The notes beneath the pieces were generated by a model. That model searched no databases and was not told where the DNA came from. It saw nothing but the letters and a program-made list of their open reading frames with translations. Positions 1 through 9,600 of a DNA stretch of 20,000 nt are shown here, piece by piece. A program made the translations under genes and the position numbers. The stretch's first letter is position 1, and each line of letters begins with the position of its first letter. This stretch comes from Dehalococcoidia bacterium. Its GTDB lineage: Bacteria > Chloroflexota > Dehalococcoidia > DSTF01 > JACRBR01. Location: positions 55,031 through 75,030 of the forward strand of contig JBGQBE010000012.1 of NCBI GenBank assembly GCA_041494685.1. The letters are read 5' to 3'.

Positions 1-846
1 GTCGTCGTCGATAGCGTCCGCGGCGGCAGCAGCATCGGCGTGCCGACCGTCGTGGTCGAATCCTCGACGCTGACGCCCGGCCCCACGTCCCGGACCGCCA
101 TCGCGGGCGGCGTCACGGGCACCGCGATAGAGGTGACCACGGTGCGCGAGTCACCCGGCGCCCGCACGCGTCCGCTCGGCACCCTCAACAAGGGCGACGA
201 CGTCGCCATCGACGGCAAGACGACCGACGCGAAGTGGTACCGCGTCATCTTCCCGCCCAACTCCGAGTTGCACGGCTGGATCGACGCCACGCAGCTCTCC
301 GTCACCGGCGATCCCGCCAGGCTCGTCGTCGCGACGGCGGAGCCGCCCGTCGCGGTCGACATCCCGACGCCGACGTCCTCGCAGCTGACCGCCGCTGCGG
401 GCCAGACCTCGCCGACGCCCGAGAGTACGCTGACGGTCACTGTGACGCCCCCCGGCGGCCTGCTGCCCGACCTCGTGATCGGTACCACGCCCACCGTGTC
501 GGACGGCAAGCTGTTCGTCACCGTGGTGAACCAGGGGAAGGGCGACGCGGTCGGCGACCTGGTCGTCGCCGTCTTCAGCGCCGACGGGACGAAGCTGCTC
601 GGCGGCGCGACGCTGCCCAAGTTCACGCTCAAACCCGGCCGCAGCATCGACATCGGCACCGGCTACGAGGTGACCGGGAGCGAGACGCTGCTCCTCATCG
701 TCGATCCGAACGGCGACATCCCCGAGACCGACGACACGAACAACCGCGTCAGCATCGCGATCTCCGTCGGCGGCCCCGACGCCACGACGTCGGCCGTGCC
801 GTCCGAGACCCCCGCGGCGGAGCCCAGCCAGACGCCGGTACCCTGA
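1..846 (+). CDS. Secreted/lipoprotein-like protein with SH3b domain, Pro/Thr linker and C-terminal CARDB (Ig-like) domain; 5'-truncated by window edge
   Basis: Frame 1 is open from base 1 (VVVDSVRGGSSIGVPT...). SH3b-like segment VRESPG...GTLNKGDDVAIDGK...WYRV...GWI; CARDB-like LPDLVI...VTVVNQG...VDPNGDIPETDDTNN. Stop TGA 844-846. Confidence 0.75.
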   Translation, partial: VVVDSVRGGSSIGVPTVVVESSTLTPGPTSRTAIAGGVTGTAIEVTTVRESPGARTRPLGTLNKGDDVAIDGKTTDAKWYRVIFPPNSELHGWIDATQLSVTGDPARLVVATAEPPVAVDIPTPTSSQLTAAAGQTSPTPESTLTVTVTPPGGLLPDLVIGTTPTVSDGKLFVTVVNQGKGDAVGDLVVAVFSADGTKLLGGATLPKFTLKPGRSIDIGTGYEVTGSETLLLIVDPNGDIPETDDTNNRVSIAISVGGPDATTSAVPSETPAAEPSQTPVP

Positions 847-852
847 ACGGCC

Positions 853-883
853 TTGCGCCGCGTTCTCGTGCGGCGGATACAAT
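853..883 (+). promoter_or_regulatory. Putative sigma-70 promoter for the dinB-dnaG-rpoD operon
   Basis: TACAAT (-10) at 878-883; weak TTGCGC at 853-858 with a non-optimal 19-nt spacer; about 50 nt upstream of the ATG at 934. Confidence 0.4.
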
Positions 884-933
884 GGGCCAACCCAATCACG
901 ATATGCCGCACAGCCCACGGCGAGGATCGCCTC

Positions 934-1440
934 ATGGTCACTGTCTCCCAGCTGGGATCCGATCTGCAGGCGAGCCGGGCGCACCTCTTCGACCTGATCC
1001 GCGGGCTCAGTGAAGAGCAGTTTCGCCATGTGCCCGCGGGCGAGACGTGGTGCGTCGCCACGCACCTGGTGCACCTGCTGCGCATCGAGCGCATGTTCGC
1101 CGGGCGGGCGAGGCGTGCGCTCATCGAGGACGAGCCGCACATCCCGAGCACGCGCACCGGAAACGACGACGACCCGGGCCTCGCGCAGCGCCTCGCCGTA
1201 CCGCAGATCATCCACGGCATGCAGGCCGCCCGCCGCGACCTCGAGGAAGTGCTCGCGCGCTGCGACGAGGCCGCGCTCGGCCGCGCCCTGCAGCACGAGC
1301 GCCTGGGCCGCATGACGATCGCCGACCTGGCCGCGAAGATGGCCTGGCACGAGCGGGAACACGCCCCGCAGGCGGCCGCGATCATCCGTCAACTACCGGC
1401 CACGGGCCGGGTAATCATCCCGCTCGCGAGGCGTTCTTAG
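934..1440 (+). CDS. DinB/YfiT-family four-helix-bundle protein (168 aa)
   Basis: ATG 934 preceded by GAGGA. Pattern L..SEEQF...P..ETWCVATHLVHL...HERLGRMT....WHEREH with the His triad typical of the DinB superfamily. Stop is 2 bp before the dnaG start. Confidence 0.8.
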   Translation: MVTVSQLGSDLQASRAHLFDLIRGLSEEQFRHVPAGETWCVATHLVHLLRIERMFAGRARRALIEDEPHIPSTRTGNDDDPGLAQRLAVPQIIHGMQAARRDLEEVLARCDEAALGRALQHERLGRMTIADLAAKMAWHEREHAPQAAAIIRQLPATGRVIIPLARRS

Positions 1441-1442
1441 CT

Positions 1443-3398
1443 ATGGCTGTGAGCACGAACGTCGTCGAAGAGATCAAGCAGCGCATCGACATCGTCGACC
1501 TCGTCTCTCAGTACGTGACGCTGAAGCGCGCCGGGCGCGATTACACGGCGAACTGCCCGTTCCACCAGGAACGCACTCCGTCGTTCCACGTGAGCCCGCA
1601 GCGCCAGACCTGGCACTGCTTCGGCGCCTGCGGGACGGGAGGCGACATCTTCCAGTTCATCATGAAGAAGGATGATTGCGACTTCCGCGATGCGCTGCGC
1701 CTTCTGGCCGAACGCGCCGGCGTCACGCTGGACCAGCGCCGCGACCCGCAGGAAGACGCGCGCCGTTCCCGCATGTTCGAGATCAACGAAGCGGCCGCGG
1801 CCTACTTCCACGCGCAGCTGCTCGACACCGAGGGCCCGTACGCGGGGAAGGCGCAGGTCGCGCGCGACTACATCGCCGAGCGCCGGCTCGCGACGAAGTC
1901 GGTCGACGTCTTCCAGCTGGGCTACGCGCCCAACAGCTGGGAGGCGCTGACGCAGCACCTGGAGAAGCGCGGCTTCTCCGCGCAGGACGCCGAGACCGCG
2001 GGCCTCGCCGTGCAGGGCGAACGCGGCCCCTACGATCGCTTCCGCCACCGCCTGATGTTCCCGATCCGCGACGAGCGCGGCCGCGTCGCCGGCTTCGGCG
2101 GCCGCCTGCTGCCGGGCGAGGCGCTGGGCTCCGGCGACAACCAGCCGAAGTACGTGAACACCTCGCAGAGCCCGATCTTCGACAAGGGCTCGATCCTCTA
2201 CGCCCTCGACCTCGCGAAGGACGCAATCCGCGGCGAGGGGCGCGCCGTCATCGTCGAGGGCTACATGGACGCCATCGCCGCGCACGAGCACGGCTACGCG
2301 AACGTCGTCGCCTCCATGGGCACGGCGCTCACCGAGCGCCAGGTGACGCTGCTCAAGCGCTACACGCGCAACCTGGTGCTCGCGCTCGACGCCGACGCCG
2401 CCGGTACCGAGGGCATGGAGCGGGGCAACGCCGTGATCGAACAGGTGTGGGACTACGAGTCCGTGCCGGTCACGAACTGGCGCGGCATCGTCCGCATGCA
2501 GGAGACGCTGGCCGCCGACATCCGCGTCGTCGCGATGCCCGGCGGCCGCGACCCGGACGACGTGATCCGCGAGGATCCCGCCGCGTGGCCCGCCATCGTC
2601 GCCTCGGCCGAGCCGTTCATCGACTTCCAGTTCGACGCCATCGCTGCCAGGCACGACCTGGCGCAGCCGCGCGAGCGCGCCGCGCTCTCCGCCGCGCTCC
2701 TGCCGCTTGTCGCCGCGATCCCCGACCGCGTCCTGCAGTCGCACTACGTGCAGCGCCTGGCGCGCATGGTGCAGGTAGACGAGACGACGCTGCGCATGGA
2801 GATGCGCCAGCCCGTGCGGGCGCGGCGGCGTGTTGACGGGCCCGCCGACGAAGCTTCGCCGGTACGTCAACAACTGCCGCGGGACCGCCGCGAAGAGTTT
2901 TGTATGGCTTTGCTTTTCCGCTATCCTGTGGCACGCGCTGAAGGGTTCGCTCTGGAACCCGATCTCTTCAGCCACAGCGAGAACCGTGCGCTGTTTGAGA
3001 CTTGGGTCGGTTGGGCGGATGACGGGGAGCCATTCGAGCAGTCGCTCACGTCGGACTTGCGTCCACAGTATGAGCGCATCATCGGCATCTCTCTCCCCGC
3101 TTACGACGATGACACCGTAGTGAAAGCCCTGCGCTCCGCCGTGTGGGGCATCGAACAGCAACGGTTGCGGCTCGCCAAGCGCGCGAGCACCGCTGTCCTC
3201 GCCGACATGAGCGCGAGCGACGGAGCGCGCATCGCGGAGCGCGCACGCGCGGCCTGGCAGACGGGCGCCGGAACTGAATACACCGCCGAAGATGAGGCTG
3301 CTGATCCCGCCACGGCCTTCGTCGAGGACATGGAAGCCGGACTGAAGGTCCATCAGCGGCTGCTGGACCAGCGCAACGCCGAGCACCCCGCCCGGTGA
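1443..3398 (+). CDS. dnaG: DNA primase (651 aa)
   Basis: Real start ATG 1443 (MAVSTNVVEEIKQRIDIVDLV). CHC2 zinc finger CPFHQERTPSF...WHCFGACG; DRFRHRLMFPI; KYVNTS; TOPRIM IVEGYMD...LALDADAAG; DPDD motif. Confidence 0.97.
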   Translation: MAVSTNVVEEIKQRIDIVDLVSQYVTLKRAGRDYTANCPFHQERTPSFHVSPQRQTWHCFGACGTGGDIFQFIMKKDDCDFRDALRLLAERAGVTLDQRRDPQEDARRSRMFEINEAAAAYFHAQLLDTEGPYAGKAQVARDYIAERRLATKSVDVFQLGYAPNSWEALTQHLEKRGFSAQDAETAGLAVQGERGPYDRFRHRLMFPIRDERGRVAGFGGRLLPGEALGSGDNQPKYVNTSQSPIFDKGSILYALDLAKDAIRGEGRAVIVEGYMDAIAAHEHGYANVVASMGTALTERQVTLLKRYTRNLVLALDADAAGTEGMERGNAVIEQVWDYESVPVTNWRGIVRMQETLAADIRVVAMPGGRDPDDVIREDPAAWPAIVASAEPFIDFQFDAIAARHDLAQPRERAALSAALLPLVAAIPDRVLQSHYVQRLARMVQVDETTLRMEMRQPVRARRRVDGPADEASPVRQQLPRDRREEFCMALLFRYPVARAEGFALEPDLFSHSENRALFETWVGWADDGEPFEQSLTSDLRPQYERIIGISLPAYDDDTVVKALRSAVWGIEQQRLRLAKRASTAVLADMSASDGARIAERARAAWQTGAGTEYTAEDEAADPATAFVEDMEAGLKVHQRLLDQRNAEHPAR

Positions 3399-3406
3399 GG
3401 TGGTGA

Positions 3407-4963
<1,557 letters not shown>

Positions 4964-5060
4964 CCACCAATCGCCGGGGACCCGGAACGCGCGCCGCACG
5001 GCGCGTATCTGTTACGGTGCCCGGTCGATCCACAGATGACACAGGCGGGCACAGATTGGT

Positions 5061-5084
5061 GCAGGGGCGCAGCCTGCTGCGCCC
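5061..5084 (+). repeat. REP-like palindrome (GCAG-GGGCGCAGC-ct-GCTGCGCCC)
   Basis: Perfect 9-bp inverted repeat 5065-5073/5076-5084 preceded by GCAG, one change from the GTAG tetranucleotide of GTAG-type REPs. Intergenic, downstream of rpoD. Confidence 0.5.
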
Positions 5085-5126
5085 GCCCCTCGCGACGCCG
5101 CTGCGCACCCGTCATCGCCCCGCCGC

Positions 5127-5156
5127 TTGACGCGCCGCCCCGACACTGCCTAGCCT
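5127..5156 (+). promoter_or_regulatory. Putative sigma-70 promoter of the FmdB-family gene
   Basis: TTGACG (5127-5132)-N18-TAGCCT (5151-5156), then RBS GAGAGGTG (5163-5170) and ATG 5178. Confidence 0.6.
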
Positions 5157-5177
5157 GATGCCGAGAGGTGATGCCTA

Positions 5178-5411
5178 ATGCCCGTGTACGAGTACTACTG
5201 CCCGAAGTGCGCGACGAAGTTCGAGGAGCTGCGGCCGATGAGTCGCGCCGACGACGCGGCGCGTTGCCCGAGCGGCCATGCCGGCGCAAACCGCACGCTC
5301 TCCATGTTCGCCGCCGTCACGAAGAACGCCGCTGGCGGCTACGAGCCGATGCCGCCTTCGGGCGGCGGCTGCGCCTGCGGAGGCGGCGGTTGCGGCTGCG
5401 GCGGACATTGA
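5178..5411 (+). CDS. FmdB-family zinc-ribbon regulatory protein (77 aa)
   Basis: MPVYEYYCPKCATKFEEL...ARCPSGH...RTLSMF and a Gly/Cys tail GGGCACGGGGCGCGGH, the classic FmdB/CxxC_CxxC_SSSS layout. Strong RBS. Confidence 0.9.
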   Translation: MPVYEYYCPKCATKFEELRPMSRADDAARCPSGHAGANRTLSMFAAVTKNAAGGYEPMPPSGGGCACGGGGCGCGGH

Positions 5412-5452
5412 ACAGCAGACAGTAAACAGATCTAATCCCTAACCGCTAGCCA
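5411..5452. repeat. Six in-register degenerate heptamers between convergent genes
   Basis: AACAGCA GACAGTA AACAGAT (5411-5431), then CTAATCC CTAACCG CTAGCCA (5432-5452). Confidence 0.55.
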
Positions 5453-6669
5453 AAGTCGAACACCGCTTTCACCGCGCCGCTCTTCGCGTGGTCGTGGCTC
5501 GCCAGGAACGCGCGCCGGTACTCCGATAGCGCGTAGCGGTGCGTGACCAGCGGCGACAGGTCGAGCCCGCGCCGCACGAGCTCGAAGTAGATCTCCATCG
5601 CGTGCATGCGCCGCCCCTCGAAGTCCTCCATCGCAAACGCGTTCGACCCCACCAGCGACAGCTCCTTGAAGTAGTACGGCGTCCACTCGAACCGCCGCGG
5701 CGCCTCCACGCCGCTCACCACGATCTTCGCGCGCGGCGACGCGATCCGCATCGACGTCTCGATCGTCGCGGGCGACCCCACCGTGTCGTAGATGATGCCC
5801 GCGCCGCGCATCAGCCACGGTACGCCGCTCCACGGCCGCAGCACCGTGCCGCCCGCCAGCCGCGCCACCGCCTCGATGAGTGCCGTCGGCTGCGCCGGCA
5901 GCACCTCCGCCGCGCCCAGGTCGCGCGCGAGCTGCCGCTGGTGCGGGTGGCGGGCCACCGCCCACACCGGCACGTCAGCATGCAGGCGGCGCAGCATCGC
6001 CACCGTCATCAGCCCCAGCGTGCCGCAACCGTACACCAGCGCGGGTTCGCCCGGCCGCGGCGGATTCCGCAGCACGGCGTGGAGCTGCACCGCGAACGGG
6101 TCGGCCAGCACCGCCTGCTCATCTGTGACTCCGTCCGGCACGGCGATGCACTGCGACTCGTGCGCGGCGAATGCCGGCGCAAAGCCGCCGCCGACGGCGC
6201 TGCAGTTGCCCGTGTGGATGCCCGGCGGCAGCCGCCCCTCCGTGAAGTGCTGACAGAGCTGGTAGTCACCCGCGGCGCATGACGCGCACGCCGGGTCGAT
6301 GCCGCGCGGCCCGCACGAGAGCCACGGGTTCAACACCACCCGCTGCCCGGGCGCGATGCCGCGCACGGCTGGCCCCACGCGCTCGACGACGCCCATCGCT
6401 TCGTGCCCCAGGATCTGCGGGAACGAGATCACCGCCGTCAGCGGGTTATCGCGGTCGCCCCGCAGGAACGCCTGCTTCGCGTCGCTGCCGCAGATGCCGG
6501 TCAGCCGCGTCCGCACGACGACCCAGTCGTCGCCTGGTAGTTGCGGCTCCGGCGTCTCCTCGATCCGGAACGACGACCACGGCCCGAAGTAGCCGCGCGG
6601 CGAGGCGGCGCCGGCGATCTTGCTCATCGCCAGCCGTGCCAGGCTGTAGCGGAAGACGAGGGCGTTCAC
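5446..6669 (-). CDS. Zinc-dependent medium-chain dehydrogenase/reductase (alcohol/threonine dehydrogenase-like, 407 aa)
   Basis: GICGSD, GHEAMG, structural-Zn cysteines SCGPRGIDPACASCAAGDYQLC, Rossmann GCGTLG, C-terminal GAVKAVFD. GTG start. Confidence 0.9.
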   Translation of the reverse strand: MNALVFRYSLARLAMSKIAGAASPRGYFGPWSSFRIEETPEPQLPGDDWVVVRTRLTGICGSDAKQAFLRGDRDNPLTAVISFPQILGHEAMGVVERVGPAVRGIAPGQRVVLNPWLSCGPRGIDPACASCAAGDYQLCQHFTEGRLPPGIHTGNCSAVGGGFAPAFAAHESQCIAVPDGVTDEQAVLADPFAVQLHAVLRNPPRPGEPALVYGCGTLGLMTVAMLRRLHADVPVWAVARHPHQRQLARDLGAAEVLPAQPTALIEAVARLAGGTVLRPWSGVPWLMRGAGIIYDTVGSPATIETSMRIASPRAKIVVSGVEAPRRFEWTPYYFKELSLVGSNAFAMEDFEGRRMHAMEIYFELVRRGLDLSPLVTHRYALSEYRRAFLASHDHAKSGAVKAVFDFG

Positions 6670-6675
6670 GGGGCG

Positions 6676-6681
6676 AGTGTA
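6676..6681 (-). promoter_or_regulatory. -10 element TACACT 6 nt upstream of the GTG start (leaderless-type promoter)
   Basis: Minus strand reads TACACT-cgcccc-GTG; no Shine-Dalgarno sequence visible. Confidence 0.6.
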
Positions 6682-6698
6682 CCGCGAGCGTTATACGC

Positions 6699-9600
6699 CT
6701 AGCAGCGCGTGTAGCCGCAGCTGTGGCAGACGTAGCAGCCTTCCGCGAACACGAGCACCGCGCCGCAGTCAGGACAGCCGATGCCGGTCGATTGGGCGCC
6801 GAATGTCGAAGGGCGTGCGCCGGCCGGCGAGTGTGCGGGGTCGGCCGCCGCCGGCGGCGCCGGCTCGGCGATCTCCTTCGCGCGCTTGCGGCTCGCGCGC
6901 GACGGCGCGGCGGGCGCGGCATCGTGCGCCGTGGCAGGCGGTGCCAGGAATCGCAGCTCCAGCCAGCGGAAGATGTAATCGACCAGCGACGTGGCGCTGG
7001 GGATGCGAGGGTTCCCCGTCAGCCCCGCCGGCTCGAAGTGGACGCCGCGGAACTTCGCCACGAGGTTCTCCAGCGGCACGCCGTACTGCAGCGCGACCGA
7101 CGTCAGCATCGCCACCGAGTCCATCAGTCCCCGGATCGTCGAACCCTCCTTCGAGATGTTGACGAAGATCTCGCCCGGCGCGCCCTCCTCGTACAGGCCG
7201 ACGGTGATGTAGCCCTCCTGCTCGCCGACGCGGAACTTGTGCGTGATCGAGCGCCGCTCGTCCGGCAGGTGGCGCCGGTACGGGTGTCCCGCCGGCCGCG
7301 GCTCGGTCGATGACTCCGGCGCCGGGTGCGCGCCCTCGGGCAGCAGCTCCGCGATGCCCAGCGCCACCTGCGCCGCCGCGGCTTCCGCCTGCTCGGGCCC
7401 GCGCGCCGTCGCGTGCGACAGCACCTGCTGGTCGCGCGAGCCGTCGCGGTACACGGTGATGCCCTTGCAGCCCTCGCGGTACGCCAGCAGGTACGCGCGC
7501 TCCACGTCGTCCGGCGTGGCCGCGGCGCGGAAGTTGATCGTCTTGCTCACCGCGTTGTCGGTGTGGCGCTGGAACGCCGCCTGCATGCGCACGTGCCACT
7601 CCGGGTCGATGTCGTGCGACGTGACGAAGACGCGCTTCGCCCAGTCGGGCACGTCGTCGCGCTCCGCCAGCGCGCCGCCCTCCGCCAGGTACGAAATCAG
7701 CTCGTCGCTATAGAACCCCTCCTGCCGCGCGATCGCCAGGAACGTAGCGTTGACCTCCGGCAGGCGCGTCGCCTTCGACGGGTCCTTGCGGTCCAGGTAG
7801 TGCTGGCGCATGAACGCCAGCGCAAACGCCGGCTCGATACCGCCCGAGCAGTCGGCGATGATACTGAGCGTGCCCGTCGGCGCGACCGTGGTGCGCGTGG
7901 CGTTGCGGTAGCGGGGGCCGCTGCGCGGGTCGCCGCTCGCCGGGTCGTAGATGGAGCCGTGCCACGCGGGGAAGACGCCGCGCTCCAGCGCCAGCGCCTC
8001 CGACGCGCGGTCCGCGTGCTCCTGCACGAACGCCATCAGCCTGCCCGCCATCTCTGCCGCCTCGTCGGAGTCGTACTTGATGCGGAGCTGGAACAGCAGG
8101 TCCGCCCAGCCCATCACGCCCAGGCCGATCTTGCGCGTCCGCTTCGTCATCGCCTCGATCTCGTCGATCGGATAGCGGTTCTGGTCGATCACGTCGTCCA
8201 GGAAACGCACGCACGCGGGGATCGCCGCCGCCAGCGCGTCCCAGTCGAAGACTGGCGCTGCCGCCGGCGCGCGCCTCGTGCGGCGGCCGTTCTTCGGCGG
8301 CGCCGCGTTATCGGCGGCGCGCGCGAACCGCGCCAGGTTGATCGAGCCGAGGTTGCAGGACTCGTACGGCAAGAGCGGTTGCTCGCCGCACTGGGCCGTT
8401 ACGATGCCGCCCGCGGTGATCGTGTGTGTCACGGGCTCGGTGGTGTCGTACGCCGCCTCGCGCCCCGCGTGCTCGATTGAAGCGATGGTGGTCTCGTAGC
8501 GTGACCGGTTGGATGTGCGCGCTTTGCCGCCGATGAACTCCAGGAGACGGGCTTGCTTCCGCGGCGAAAGGAACCCGATCTCGCGCGCAAAGATGTCGCG
8601 GCTCTCGCCGTCGACGATCAACTCGTACTGCGCGCGGTGCGCGTAGTCTCGGGTGCTGCCGCGTCCGTCCGGCATCGGTCGCGTGCCGGCGGCGCGGCGC
8701 AGGTGGAGCTTCGATTCGATGCCGAAGTTCGCGAGCAGCAGCTGCACCTCGCGCAGCAACGTCTCGTCCGACTGCGCCAGCCGTACGCTGCACGACTTCT
8801 TTGACGGCGTATGGTTCACCGTCCCGTCTGCCGCGAATAACGCCTGCAGGTACCCGACGACCATCTCCCGTGTGCCCTGCCAGACCGTCTCGGGCACGCG
8901 CAGCTTCGTCGCGGCAGTCACGCCGGCGCGTTCGACCACCCGCATCAGCCGCACCGACCGCACGTCGCTGCGCGATCGCGATCGTGCCGTTATCAGCCCG
9001 ACCGCGCCGTAATCGCGGTTGTTGCTCGACGCCGGCTCGTCCGCGATCAGGTGGTTCGCCGCCTCGCACACGACTTCGGCATAGTCGGCGTCGTCGCCCC
9101 AGAACGACAGGACGACACCGCGCGTCCGGTGGAAGTTGCCGTCGCCCGCAAGCGACCCCAGCACCAGGCCCAGATCGCGGTTGCCCTGCTGGCCGAACCC
9201 GCCCTCACCGGATTGAATCAGCAGCGTGTCGCCGACACGCAGATCGCGCAAGGCGACGCGGCCACGCGGAGTGATGAACTCGTGGTACGCCGTGGCGGTG
9301 AGTTCGTAGCCGTGCCTGGTGCGCACGCGGTACACGTCGATCGCGTCCGACGTCTTGAACACGGGCACGGCCGGCCGCAGCGCCACACCGCGAGCGTTCA
9401 GGTGCTGACCGCGCGCGTCCGCCGCGACACGGATCGGCGTCTGCGTCGCATAAAGATCCTCGGCGCGCACGAGGCCGCGATCCGTCGCGAGCCGCGTCGC
9501 TCCGGTGACGCACGGGTTCGTCGCTTCGATGCGGCCCAGCTGCGGCGTCGGGTTGTCGCGGTTGATACGGTCCAGGAACACCAGCCCCGGGTCGCCGTTC

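Noticed and set aside
1047..1442. 132-aa N-terminal extension of DnaG in the ORF track
   Set aside because: It is an out-of-frame shadow of the DinB gene; primase similarity begins at Met 1443.
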